NCBI GenBank assembly: GCA_963817895.1
Contig: CAWFQB010000002.1
Coordinates: 512,001-576,000 of the forward strand
Source of the DNA: an uncultured Chthonomonadaceae bacterium
GTDB taxonomy: Bacteria > Armatimonadota > Chthonomonadetes > Chthonomonadales > Chthonomonadaceae
DNA: 64,000 nt
Direction: 5' to 3'
Below the pieces are notes generated by a model. The model made no database searches. It was not told the DNA's origin and saw only the letters and a program-made list of their open reading frames with translations. Below, piece after piece: positions 19,764 to 29,987 of the stretch (position 1 is its first letter; each line of letters begins with the position of its first letter). Both the position numbers and the translations under genes were made by a program.

Positions 19764-20612
19764 TCACGCATCTTCGGAAAAGGGCGCGTCGCTGAAGGCG
19801 TGATCGCGTCGCTCCTGGTCGCGCCAGTAGCGGGAACAGCGCGGCAGAAAATCACACTCCGGGCAGATGTCCAGCGGAACCGGGCGCAGGGCGTTGTAAT
19901 CCTCGTCCAGAATCTGGTTGCCGAGCAGCGTCAGTTCGCGGGCAAACTCTTCCAGCGTGTCGTGTTCCAACTCCACCGTCGCCTGATGGCCTGACCGCAG
20001 GCAATAAATGGTTCCGCTCACAGGCGCATCGGGGTGCAGCCGCTTCAAAATCAACTGATAGCAGCACATGGCGAGGCTGTTGGCGACCTCTTCCGGGCTG
20101 GTGTCCCACCGCCCGCTTTTGTAATCCACGATTTCCAAACGCCCGTCCGCATGACGGTCAATACGATCCACGCGCCCCATGAGTTTGAAGCGTCCCATAT
20201 CGCACGAGAGGGTTTTTTCCGTCGCGATGGTTTCCACCTGCGCCACAATCCGCTCCTGATGCGCGGCATGGTACGCTTGCACGATCTGCTGGCCCGCTTC
20301 GCGGTGTTCGGCCTCCTGCTTCGCGTCCTGATAGCCCGCGCCGATCCATTTCTGTTCCAAATCCTCTACGAGCGCTTCCGGGGTATGGGTCGCCCCCTGC
20401 TCATGAAAATCCTGTAAAACATTGTGCAGCGTACTGCCGAAACTGAACCCCGCCCGCGCTTTCGTATAAAAGCGGCCAATCTTATCCTGATAGATATACC
20501 GGTACTTTACCGCGCACTCCAGATACGTTCCAATGCGCGTGGGGCTGAGTGTGGGTTTGCGCCCCGGTTTGGCGTCGGGCGCGGCATCGGTTTTTTTGCG
20601 GGCGGCAGGCAT
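19764..20612 (-). CDS. RecB/AddB/Cas4-like PD-(D/E)XK nuclease with four-Cys staple
   Basis: LSPTRI..YLECAVKY, FGSTLH, GRVDRID, IVDYKSG, CPECDFLPRC. Confidence 0.88.
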   Translation of the reverse strand: MPAARKKTDAAPDAKPGRKPTLSPTRIGTYLECAVKYRYIYQDKIGRFYTKARAGFSFGSTLHNVLQDFHEQGATHTPEALVEDLEQKWIGAGYQDAKQEAEHREAGQQIVQAYHAAHQERIVAQVETIATEKTLSCDMGRFKLMGRVDRIDRHADGRLEIVDYKSGRWDTSPEEVANSLAMCCYQLILKRLHPDAPVSGTIYCLRSGHQATVELEHDTLEEFARELTLLGNQILDEDYNALRPVPLDICPECDFLPRCSRYWRDQERRDHAFSDAPFSEDA

Positions 20613-20748
20613 AGTCGCGCTCCACAGCAAAAGGCAAATGCGGCAGAACGATTCCTGTCCACAAAACGCCTTGCGAAGTTCCTCATTCGAGGTCAACAAC
20701 TATTGTACCCTCTTGCCTTGCGCCGATGCTAGGTAGACAAGAACAAAA

Positions 20749-20820
20749 AGGGAGTAGGGAGTAGGAAGTAGGGTGTAGGAGAAACATTTCCTACTCCCTA
20801 CTTCCTACTCCCTACTCCCT
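20749..20820. repeat. Inverted pair of heptamer (GGGAGTA) arrays
   Basis: 32-bp arms at 20749-20780 and 20789-20820, one mismatch. Confidence 0.85.
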
Positions 20821-21068
20821 GTATTATGTGAACATGCGAGGATACGCGCTCCGGGCTGCCGGGTTGGGCCTCTCCCTTCCGTGACAGGCTACCGGAACCT
20901 ACGACCTCTACACGCTTATGGGACGTGAGGGAAGGGGGGCCAAAACGACGTTATGCAAATCCGGTTGCGTTTGCGGCTTCCATGCTTCCAAGTACATTAT
21001 TCCGTGTTTTCCGGCAACCCGCGCTGCAACAATTACCGGGTTTAGCCGGGTGTAAAGAAAGCTCTGCA

Positions 21069-21097
21069 TTGACACAAAATAGGTCAGGAGGTATAAT
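21069..21097 (+). promoter_or_regulatory. Consensus sigma70 promoter for menG
   Basis: TTGACA-N17-TATAAT. Confidence 0.85.
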
Positions 21098-21200
21098 GCC
21101 TAAAAGTTTGTGAAAAAAGCAACGAAGTCTGTAGCGGTTCGTAAGCAGGAGTAGCAGGGCAGGGTTGCGGGGCGATTTGGAAAGCGATTGGAACGCGAAT

Positions 21201-21956
21201 ATGGCAGGCGAAAATACGAGCGCGGCAAGTGAAAAGCCGCTGTTTACGGGTGATAAAGAGCCTTACGTGCGCGACATGTTTGCCGCCATCGCTCCGCAGT
21301 ACGACCGCCTCAACGCCATTTTAAGTTTCAATCAGCACAAGGCGTGGCGGCGTTTGACCGTGCGGTTGGCGGGCGTCAAACCCGGCGATCACTGTCTGGA
21401 CGTGTGTACCGGCACAGGCGACTTTGCTGTAGATTTAGCGCGAACGGTTGGAAAGAGCGGGAACGTGGTCGCCTCGGATTTCTGCGAACCGATGATCCGC
21501 AACGGGCTGGACAAAACGGCGCGGGTCAGCGCGGAGTCGGACTGCGGCCCGATCACCATGATGGTCGCCAACGCCGAAGCCCTGCCCTATAACACGGCGC
21601 AGTTCGATGTGGTCACGGTGGGTTTCGGCGTCCGCAATGTGGCGCATCTGGACCGCGCCGTCAGCGAAATGGCGCGGGTCGTCAAACCCGGCGGGCGCGT
21701 GGCGATACTGGAATTCAATCGTCCGCGCAAAGTCTGGTACAAGCCGTTTGTAGATTTTTATCTGTTCCATATCCTGCCCGCGATTGGCGGGCTGTTGAGC
21801 CGCCGGGAAGCGTATACGTATCTTCCCGAATCCATGAAGCAGTTCGTGTCGCGCGAGGAGCTTGTCGCCGTGATGGAACGAGCCGGTCTGCGCGACGTGC
21901 AGGTGCGTGACCTGAACTTCGGCACGGTCTGCATTCATTTGGGAGTTAAAAGTTGA
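21201..21956 (+). CDS. menG: Demethylmenaquinone methyltransferase (UbiE/MenG)
   Basis: MFAAIAPQYDRLN, LDVCTGTGD, FGVRNV, RVVKPGG, YTYLPES. Confidence 0.93.
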   Translation: MAGENTSAASEKPLFTGDKEPYVRDMFAAIAPQYDRLNAILSFNQHKAWRRLTVRLAGVKPGDHCLDVCTGTGDFAVDLARTVGKSGNVVASDFCEPMIRNGLDKTARVSAESDCGPITMMVANAEALPYNTAQFDVVTVGFGVRNVAHLDRAVSEMARVVKPGGRVAILEFNRPRKVWYKPFVDFYLFHILPAIGGLLSRREAYTYLPESMKQFVSREELVAVMERAGLRDVQVRDLNFGTVCIHLGVKS

Positions 21957-22059
21957 TAGTTAATAGCCGCCTGCGCTCTCTCTTGTAGTCACACATGAAG
22001 ATTTGCGTGACCGACCTATCAACTATCAACTTTTAACTCCCACCCGAAAGAGGCATCCC

Positions 22060-23127
22060 ATGAGCGCCACCACGTACATCGTCAAACCCGTCCGGGAACA
22101 GGAGACAGGAGACAGGGGACAGGAAACCGGCAGCGTCGCGTCGGCTTGCAACCCGGCGGCGTTTTTAGATTATGTCCAGCCGGATTTGGCGGCAATGGAA
22201 GCCCGGATGAACGCCGATCTGGGTTCCGACGCCCGAACGGTTCTTACCCTGACGCGCCACATTCTGAGGGCGGGCGGTAAGCGACTGCGTCCCGCGATGG
22301 TAGCGTTGTCGGCACGGGCGGTGGGCAACAGCGTGGATGCCGAACGGCTGGCAACCGTAGGCGCAGCGGTGGAATTTGTCCACATGGCGACTCTGGTACA
22401 CGACGACGTGGTAGACAATACCGCGACGCGCCGGGGCAAGCCGACCGCAAACGCTGTCTTTGGCAATGGCGTGGCCGTGTTGAGCGGCGATTACATTCTG
22501 GCCCGTTCCATGCGCCTGCTGGCGATAGATGGCGACCTGCGCATTATTCGCGCCGTATCGGAAATTACCATTGAGATGAGTGAGGGCGAAGTGATGGAAA
22601 TCGCCGCAACGGGCAACGCAAACCTGCCGCTTGACGAGTATTACGAAATTCTGGACAAGAAAACGGCGAGTTTTGTGGAGGGTTGCTGCCGCTGCGGGGC
22701 GATACTGGCAGGCGCGGACGTGGCTGTCGAAAACGCGCTTGCCGACTATGGCTACCGTTTGGGCATGGCTTTCCAGATTGCCGACGATCTGCTGGATTAC
22801 ACGGGCGACCCGCTGATTACGGGCAAACCGCGCGGCAGTGATTTGAAAGATGGACGCGCCACCCTCCCGTTTCTGCTCGGATTGCAGGCGGCGTCCCCCC
22901 ACGAACGAAACCTGCTCTTGAAAGCGTTCGGCTGCGCGTCCCTGAGCGATGAGAACGTGCTGGAAATATGCGATTTGCTGACGCGCTATGAGGCGTTCGA
23001 GCATACCCGCGAAGTGGCCCGTGAATTCGTAGACCAGAGCGACGAAGCCCTGACCCTGCTTCCGCCCTCGACCGCCCGCGACTGCTTCGCCGCCCTGACC
23101 GGTTACGTAGTGCAGCGCGACCGATAA
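22060..23127 (+). CDS. Polyprenyl diphosphate synthase (HepT/IspB-like)
   Basis: GGKRLRP, LVHDDVVD, RRG, AFQIADDLLD. Confidence 0.93.
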   Translation: MSATTYIVKPVREQETGDRGQETGSVASACNPAAFLDYVQPDLAAMEARMNADLGSDARTVLTLTRHILRAGGKRLRPAMVALSARAVGNSVDAERLATVGAAVEFVHMATLVHDDVVDNTATRRGKPTANAVFGNGVAVLSGDYILARSMRLLAIDGDLRIIRAVSEITIEMSEGEVMEIAATGNANLPLDEYYEILDKKTASFVEGCCRCGAILAGADVAVENALADYGYRLGMAFQIADDLLDYTGDPLITGKPRGSDLKDGRATLPFLLGLQAASPHERNLLLKAFGCASLSDENVLEICDLLTRYEAFEHTREVAREFVDQSDEALTLLPPSTARDCFAALTGYVVQRDR

Positions 23128-23145
23128 CAACGGCCGGATGTAGCG

Positions 23146-23754
23146 CTATTCCCATTTCACGGAACGAAACGTCAGCGAAACGCGCCTGCCGCGAGCATAG
23201 GATTGACCGTTGTAGACATCCTGCTTGCGCTTTGCAATGCTGTGTTTCCACAGGTAGCGGGCATCTGCCTTCATTACGACCATGCTGCGCGGTTCCATAA
23301 AGACCGGAACGATTTCGCCGGTTTTGGCCTCAGTGAAATCCATTATACAGGTTGACAGCAGGCTTAACGAAGCGATAGTGTCCCCAAAGCAGGGCTGGCA
23401 ATCAATATGCGCTGATATGCCCTGTCCCAGCTGATACTCGTTAATAATCACCTGGTCGGGAACCACGCTGAAAATGCCCTGCTGTACCAGGCGTTCTCCT
23501 AACATCAGCAGCCACGCCGGAAGTTCGCCGACGCGCATCTCCTCGCTGATCCGCCGCGACTTGTAATCATACTTGTAGCCGTAGTGCTGAACCCGCCGCG
23601 CCAGTTCCGTTGACCATTCCGCCGCCTCAATATGCCGCACAATTGTTTCCGCTTCTTCTACGCTCACGAAATCAGGCAGGTACGACAGGCCCGGAATAAG
23701 TTCAAAGTTCTTCGGCGCGGAACTATTACGCTCCGCGAACAGACCGACGTTCAT
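23146..23754 (-). CDS. AlkB-family 2OG-Fe(II) dioxygenase
   Basis: RRVQHYGY, INEY..GQGISAHID, WKHSI, RRVSLTFR. Confidence 0.9.
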   Translation of the reverse strand: MNVGLFAERNSSAPKNFELIPGLSYLPDFVSVEEAETIVRHIEAAEWSTELARRVQHYGYKYDYKSRRISEEMRVGELPAWLLMLGERLVQQGIFSVVPDQVIINEYQLGQGISAHIDCQPCFGDTIASLSLLSTCIMDFTEAKTGEIVPVFMEPRSMVVMKADARYLWKHSIAKRKQDVYNGQSYARGRRVSLTFRSVKWE

Positions 23755-23778
23755 AATTTTTTCTCCACAGATAGCAGG

Positions 23779-24312
23779 TTATAGAAGTCTTGCAGGGTAG
23801 TCAGGAAAACGGATGTTCCATTCTGCCAGTGTCAATGCGCCTACTTCGATGCGGTTACGCCATGTTAGAATTTTAGGCGGCGTAATTCGGGCCTTAACCT
23901 TGTGTGAAAAAGTGAGAAGCAACGCGGAATCCATTGGGTGAGGCGGCTCGAACAATAATAGAAACTGTACATGAGAAGGAAGCACCCTGCCATCCCATGC
24001 GAAAAATGACGACGTTCCCAAAAACTTTCCGCGCATCTCCTGCGCAAAGGGATTGCTTCTCATTTTGCATAGAAACGACCACCTGTTGCCACCCCTGTCT
24101 TTTGGCGCAAGGGAAGCCGGATTCCAACTCTTGACTTCCAGCCAGATAAACTCACCGGGTACGTCCTCAACGCAAAAGTCTACGCCCGGCCAGAATGTAT
24201 TGCGTTGCGTGGCAGAGGCTCCCGGTAAGCCTGCAAACAGATTTTCGTACTCAATAACATTCGCCGCTCTGGTAAAATCGAATTCGATCCCGCTTTCAAC
24301 GTACACGCTCAC
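23779..24312 (-). CDS. Hypothetical protein, putative PD-(D/E)XK nuclease
   Basis: PGVDFCVE...WLEVK motif; GTG start overlaps the ATPase stop. Confidence 0.6.
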   Translation of the reverse strand: MSVYVESGIEFDFTRAANVIEYENLFAGLPGASATQRNTFWPGVDFCVEDVPGEFIWLEVKSWNPASLAPKDRGGNRWSFLCKMRSNPFAQEMRGKFLGTSSFFAWDGRVLPSHVQFLLLFEPPHPMDSALLLTFSHKVKARITPPKILTWRNRIEVGALTLAEWNIRFPDYPARLL

Positions 24313-25312
24313 CGCGTCGGTTCCTTCCTGTAGCGCGTGTCAACTCACGGTCATACAGTGAATTATACTGGTCAAGTATCGCATTAGGCTGTAGGGAGGT
24401 AAATTCGTCTGTTGAACTGACAATGGTTCCCTGTTCCCCCGGCTGAAAACTGAAAAAACGAATATCATCTTTTTCAGTCGCCTGCAAATCTAACTCTTTG
24501 AGAATAACATAACTGTGCGTCGCCAGGAAAACCTGTACTCCACTACGCGCCATAGCCAGAACAGCGCCAATAACCTCGTCCATAAAAATCGGGTTCAAGT
24601 TTACTTCCGGTTCGTCCCAAAACAGGGTTGTGCCGGGAGTCAGCCAGCCGTTTTGGGACAAGCGTACAAGCGTAGCGATTTTCCGCAGTCCCTCGGCTAC
24701 GATAGGCATTGGCAGCCGTCCATGTTCATTTACAAGATAAAAACGACCATCCTTCTCCTGTTCCAATTCGCCGCCAAGTATACGGGTGAAAACATCCGGC
24801 AGCAACGAAACCCCACTACTGCTGCGCTCCAATGCCATTAACCTGACAATATCAATGCAAGTACGGTCGAAGTCAAGGCGTACTTCTTCGTAGGCTTCAC
24901 TGAAACCTTTCGTATGCCCCATCATATCAATGGCGGGGATGAAGACAGGGCGCGAAGGTGCAGGGGCCTTAACATTGACACTCAAGGCTACAGCATCGCG
25001 CGGGTGAATTGCGTAAGCCCAATCTTTCTTACCATAAAGGCCATGTGCCTCGGCAGGCGCATCTTTAGGCGTTCCCTGTCGTATTAAATCATCTACCGAC
25101 TTCGTTTGAAAAAGGTCTTTCAGCAGTTGCCTGATGTTTTCATCTCTGGCTTCGGAAAGCTGAAAGGCATAAAGCGCCTTCATAATATGCGTTTTGCCTG
25201 TTCCATTTTCGCCCACGAATACATTGATGCCGCTGGCGAATTCCAGCTTCACTTCCCGAAAAGCCGTAAAATTATACAATTCTAATGTTTGGTGTACAGG
25301 ATGATCAGACAT
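24296..25312 (-). CDS. ABC/AAA_21-type ATPase
   Basis: GENGTGKT, AEGLRK, LFWDEPEVNLNP, LATHS. Confidence 0.9.
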   Translation of the reverse strand: MSDHPVHQTLELYNFTAFREVKLEFASGINVFVGENGTGKTHIMKALYAFQLSEARDENIRQLLKDLFQTKSVDDLIRQGTPKDAPAEAHGLYGKKDWAYAIHPRDAVALSVNVKAPAPSRPVFIPAIDMMGHTKGFSEAYEEVRLDFDRTCIDIVRLMALERSSSGVSLLPDVFTRILGGELEQEKDGRFYLVNEHGRLPMPIVAEGLRKIATLVRLSQNGWLTPGTTLFWDEPEVNLNPIFMDEVIGAVLAMARSGVQVFLATHSYVILKELDLQATEKDDIRFFSFQPGEQGTIVSSTDEFTSLQPNAILDQYNSLYDRELTRATGRNRRGERVR

Positions 25313-25396
25313 ATCTATTGCTTACTCCCACAACGCGGGGTAACAGCATACCATTCAGCGTTTCCGTCGCCATTCATAGTCGGTTCAGAAGTGACA

Positions 25397-25427
25397 GGGG
25401 AGGGGTAACTTACGTTTACCCCTCCCC
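25397..25427 (-). terminator. Hairpin downstream of citrate synthase
   Basis: GGGGAGGGGTAA / TTACCCCTCCCC 12-bp stem. Confidence 0.6.
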
Positions 25428-25453
25428 ATTCTTCAACCAAACACATTAGAATG

Positions 25454-26618
25454 CTACGCTTCGCGCTGTTCGATGGGCGTGTAAGGAACGTCGTGCTTGC
25501 CGACGTATTCGGCGCGGGGGCGGATGATCTTCTTGTTGGTGAGTTGCTCTATCATGTGGGCGCACCAGCCGGATGTGCGGCTGATGGCGAAAATGGGCGT
25601 ATACAAACGGGCGGGCAGGCCCATTTCGTAGTAGCACGACGCGGAGAAGCAGTCCACATTCGCGTAAATCGGCTGCTTGCCCGCCGCTAAACGGTCGGGC
25701 GTGTTGCTCAGTTCGTCCACGAGTTTCTCAATGGCCGTCGTCATGTCGAACCATTTGGTATCGCCGTGCAGTTGTCCCAACTGCTTGCTCATTTCGCGCA
25801 GGTGGGTGGCGCGGGGATCGGGCGCGCGATACACCGCATGGCCGAAGCCGGGAATGGGCGTTCGAGTGGCGCCCGTGAGTTTGGGCCGGACATACGCATC
25901 CACGCCGTCTACGCTGCCGATGTCCAGCAGCATCACCATAGTCTCTTCGGCTGCCGCGCCGTGTTTCGGGCCGGACAGCGTGCCGATACCGGATACCATG
26001 CCGGAATAAATGTCCGCGCCGGTCGCGACTGTGACGCGGGTGGCGAACGTGCTGGCGTTGATTTCGTGGTCGGCGTGAAGAATAAAGTCAATGTCGAAGG
26101 TGCGGACGTACAGCGGGTCGGCCTCTTCGCCGTGCAGCATGTACAGGAAATTGGCGGCAAGGCTCAGATCGCGGCGGGACTGCACGGGTTTCAATCCCTG
26201 ACTAAGTCGTTCGATGGCGGCGACAATGGTAGGAATTTTGGCCTGCAAGCGCAGCGGATTTGCGCAGGTTCGCCTCTTTGGAATTGTCGCCCGTATCCGG
26301 GTCGAACATGCCCAATGCGGAGATAGCCGTTCGCAGGGCGTCCATGGAATTCGCGTTACGGGGGAACCCGCGCAGCAGCGCCATCACATCGGCGGGCAAA
26401 TCGCGCTGTTCTGCCATCTGTTCGCTGAAGGCGTTGAGTTCGGAAAGGGACGGCAATTTGCCGTGCCACAATAAATAAACCACCTCCTCGAATGTGGAGT
26501 GGTCTGCCAATTCGTGAATGTTGTAGCCCCGGTAGTACAGGTTCCCCTGCGCCTGGACATCGCAGATTTCGGATTGGCCGATTATAACGTCCCTCAACCC
26601 ATCGGCTGTGGCGGTCAT
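25454..26618 (-). CDS. Citrate synthase / 2-methylcitrate synthase (frameshift near 26250)
   Basis: LYYRGY, FEEVVYLLW; LHADHEINASTF, GPKHG, GFGHAVY, DPRA, NVD. Confidence 0.92.
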
Positions 26619-26915
26619 GTGCAGTCACCTCGCTGTTGAATATGATAGTTGCGTTGAAAGTTGAAAACTGATTGCATTTGCGGGCGTGGCAAACGCTACA
26701 TTCTACCATCTTCTACGCGATTCTCGCAATTTTGATTGCGCCCCGATTCTCGTAATTTTTATTACCTTGCTTTCAGCAAAATTCTTTCCGATTTCGGCCT
26801 GAATTTCACGGCTGATTCGTTCGCGTCCCCTGTTCGCGCTTGCTACTGTCGCATCCGGCAGGTATACTACAAATACACAGCAACTATTCATCCCTTGCTC
26901 ACAGTTCAAATTTAG

Positions 26916-26958
26916 CCCCTCTCCCAGGCTTTTTTGGGAGAGGGGTTGGGGTGAGGGC
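26916..26958. repeat. GC-rich palindromic repeat (CCCCTCTCCCA...TGGGAGAGGGG)
   Basis: Hairpin; related copy in opposite orientation at 45975-46022 sharing TCTCCCAAAAAAGCCTGGGAGA. Confidence 0.75.
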
Positions 26959-27005
26959 AACTACATCCGGCGGAACGGGTATCAAGCGTCGCGCGTCTTC
27001 CAACC

Positions 27006-27647
27006 GTGCCTCTTTCAAATTTTCAACAAACGCAATGCCGCGCTCGCCCGCGATACTCTGTTGCCGCATGGCTGGTCTGCCTGCTGATGCGTTGTACGGC
27101 TATGGCCGCGCTCGCGCAGACTGCGCCCCTGCCCGCGGCGCAGACAATCACGCAGCGCGACATCAATGTCATGGCGGCAAGCATAGAAGACGCGCGTTCC
27201 GCTCTGATTGACAACGCCGGATTGCGGCAGCCGGGAGAAGACCTAAATCGCTACCTGCGCCGCATCGCCCTGCCCCTGCCGGGGGAAACACCAACTAATT
27301 ACAAAACGCGCGTTAAGCGCTACCTTGAACTGTTGACCGGCAGCGTGGAAGCAACTCGATTTCATAGACGCCTGCCCCTTCTGCGCGATACCGGTTCCGC
27401 CAACCGCGCGCTGTGGGAGCATATGATGCGCGATTTACAGCAGTTTCCCGCCCGCGTGGCGCATACGCAGGCCGCATGGCAGCGCGTCCAACACGTTTCC
27501 AAAGCAAGTCCATCCGCAGTAAGTACAAAAAACGCGAAAGTAAGCGCAAACCAGAGCGTCATAGCCGCGCATTTCGATTCTGAACTCGCGCAAACCGTTA
27601 GCCTCCTCATCGCCATAGACGACGGACTGCGAGACGCGAGACCATAG
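27006..27647 (+). CDS. Secreted helical hypothetical protein
   Basis: Signal-like segment ending ALAQ; occupies a gene-sized gap; start uncertain. Confidence 0.55.
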   Translation: MPLSNFQQTQCRARPRYSVAAWLVCLLMRCTAMAALAQTAPLPAAQTITQRDINVMAASIEDARSALIDNAGLRQPGEDLNRYLRRIALPLPGETPTNYKTRVKRYLELLTGSVEATRFHRRLPLLRDTGSANRALWEHMMRDLQQFPARVAHTQAAWQRVQHVSKASPSAVSTKNAKVSANQSVIAAHFDSELAQTVSLLIAIDDGLRDARP

Positions 27648-27649
27648 GA

Positions 27650-27748
27650 AGGTTTCAGGTGTCAGGAAAGTCGCATTCCTGCGCTTAAACGGCGCAAGTT
27701 ATACAGGTAGACGAAAGAGTCTTCCCTGACACCTGACACCTGAAACCT
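27650..27748. repeat. Inverted GGTGTCA heptamer arrays
   Basis: AGGTTTCAGGTGTCAGG ... CCTGACACCTGACACCTGAAACCT. Confidence 0.7.
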
Positions 27749-27812
27749 GGTTCCCGTGAACCTTTTGCGCCAAACTCCCGACATAACCTGTAGAAGATTT
27801 AAGACAAGCAAC

Positions 27813-29751
27813 ATGGCAATAATATCCGCTGCTCGTTCGGGCAGCCTTTCCCGTAACTCGTTCGGCAAATCGTTGAGTCGTTTGGGTTTTTCGCGTCCCG
27901 CAACGGTGATTGCGATGCTGGCAGTCGGCATGGTGGCTCTCGCGCCGGTTTCGCCGTGCGCGGATGTGTTGGCGGGCGAAGCGGCGAACCCGGAATCCGC
28001 ATCTCTGCCGCTTGCGGAAAACGCGCTCGCGAAAATGGCGAAAGCGGATTACGCGGGCGCGGCGCAGCAGGTCAATCGCGCCCTGAAAGCCACTCCGGGC
28101 GACGTGAATTTGTATATACTGGCGGGCGCGCTGCTGCTGCATACGGGCGACAGCGTTCATGCCAGAGTCGCGTTCCAAAACGCGCTGTCCTGCGACCCGG
28201 ACGATGCCCTCGCCCGCTATGGCATGGGACTGACACAGCTTGCCAATACCGACCGCATAGGCGCGCTGAACTGGTTTGCCCAGGCGGAGCGGAGCGGCGG
28301 CGATAAATCCTATGTGGCGCTGGCGCGGCGGTACGCGCAGTGGCTTGGCGGCGCGCAGGTATCCCTCGCGCAATCCGGGTTTCCTGACACGCTCGCCCCG
28401 GCAGTTCACGCGCTTGCCGGAATCAGCGCGATGCAGCAGGGCGATACCCGCCGCGCTACGGACGAGATGGAGCAGGCGCAGGCCGCGTTACCGGGCGACC
28501 CGATTGTGGAACCCGGCGGTATCCTGATGACCTTTGAAGCAGGGCGTCCCCTGCGGGCGGGCGCGAACGCCCTGCCGAAAGATGTGGTTGTCAACGGGCT
28601 GGCCGCGCCCCTGCCCGCGCAAAAAGGGTTGAGCGGCGTGGTGGAAGTCGCGCCCGACGACGTCAGCGCGAGCGTGGCGTATGTGGCTTATGAACTGGAT
28701 GGCCGTTCGCTTGGCCTGATCAACACGCGCCCGTTCGCGTTGAATTTCGATACTGGCGCCGTCGCGAACGGCTGGCATACGCTTTCTATCCTGCTGTACG
28801 ACAATCAGGCGACCGAAATGCGGCGCGTCACCCGGCGATTGCGGACGTTCAACGCGCAAAGCGGAACGGGAACGGCATCAGACAGGATTATGCGGCTGCG
28901 GGGCGGCCTGTGGGAAACTCTGGCCCTGCGCCCGGACCGCTTTGCCTGCGCCTATACCATGGGCGTGGCGCAGTATAAAGCGGGCAATGCGGGTTTCGGC
29001 GCGGCACTGGTACGCGCGAGCCTGCGCCGTGCGTCCCGACAGTTCGGACGCCCGCGCCGGTATGGTGGCCTGCGGCGGCCTGTCTCCGGGCGGGGAAGCG
29101 ATGTGGGGCGGCCTGCCGGATGAAAAAGTGATCGCTCTCACGTTTGATGACGGCCCCAAACCGGGCGTCACCGAACCCCTGCTCGATCTGCTGACCAAGT
29201 TGCAGGTTCCCGCCACTTTCTTCGTCATCGGGCGGCATGTCATGGAGTACCCGGAACTGACGCGCCAGATGGACGCGGCGGGTATGGAACTCGCCAATCA
29301 CAGCTACACGCATCGGAATTTGACCAAACTGCCGCCCGATGAGGTAGCCCGCGAAGTGATGCAGACACAAACGGCAATTCAGGCCGTAACCGGCAAAACG
29401 CCACGCTATCTGCGCCCGCCCGGCGGCAACTGGAACGGAAGCGTCGCCAACATCGTGCGGGCGTGGGGCGTAACGCCGTGCATGTGGACGGTAGATGTAT
29501 ACGGCTCGGAAGTGATCGGGGCGCAGCAGGTGGCCGACGCGGTTCTGGCGCAGGTGAAACCCGGCTCCGTAATCTTAATGCACAACGGCAAGTTAAGCAC
29601 CCTGCAAGCCCTGCCGACCATTATTCGCGAACTGCGGCGGCGCGGTTATGCGTTCGCAACCGTAGACGCGCTTGCCCGCCGCCTTGCCGCTTCCCGCGAA
29701 GCCGCCCGCCGCGCCGCCGCCACGTATGCGCGTCAGCGCCATACGGAGTAG
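27813..29751 (+). CDS. TPR + Ig-like + polysaccharide deacetylase (NodB/CE4) protein (frameshift near 28990)
   Basis: TPR-like helices; NGWHTL Ig motif; ALTFDDGP, ANHSYTH, LRPPGG, ILMHNG. Confidence 0.85.
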
Positions 29752-29987
29752 GCATTAGAGGTTTGCTTGCCGAAGTGTGACGACGTTGATACAATTTCAG
29801 GGCATGTTTGGCCTGAAATTTTAATTCACAGAGGAATAATGTCCTGAATCAGCGAACAGGGAATAGCGAATAAGGGTATTATAATACAGAAGATACAAAA
29901 ACCAATGGCTCGATACCCTGAAACCATAGAATCCTGAAACCTTATAACCCTCAACCTTGACAACCTGACTCCAGAAGGGAGCTTGAA

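Noticed and set aside
19599..20820. CRISPR array next to a Cas4-like gene
   Set aside because: The repeats are short tandem units in inverted arms, not direct repeats with unique spacers, and no cas1/cas2 is present.
20880..21030. TPP, SAM-I, cobalamin or ykkC riboswitch
   Set aside because: Only fragments (GAACCT, CCGGCAACC, GGGAAGG, TAGGTTCCG) are present; the other required conserved elements are missing.
21108..21125. Rex operator downstream of the menG promoter
   Set aside because: Only the left half-site TTGTGAA matches; the right half is poor.
29776..29791. CRP-type site (TGTGA-N6-TGATA)
   Set aside because: The second half-site is weak and could occur by chance.
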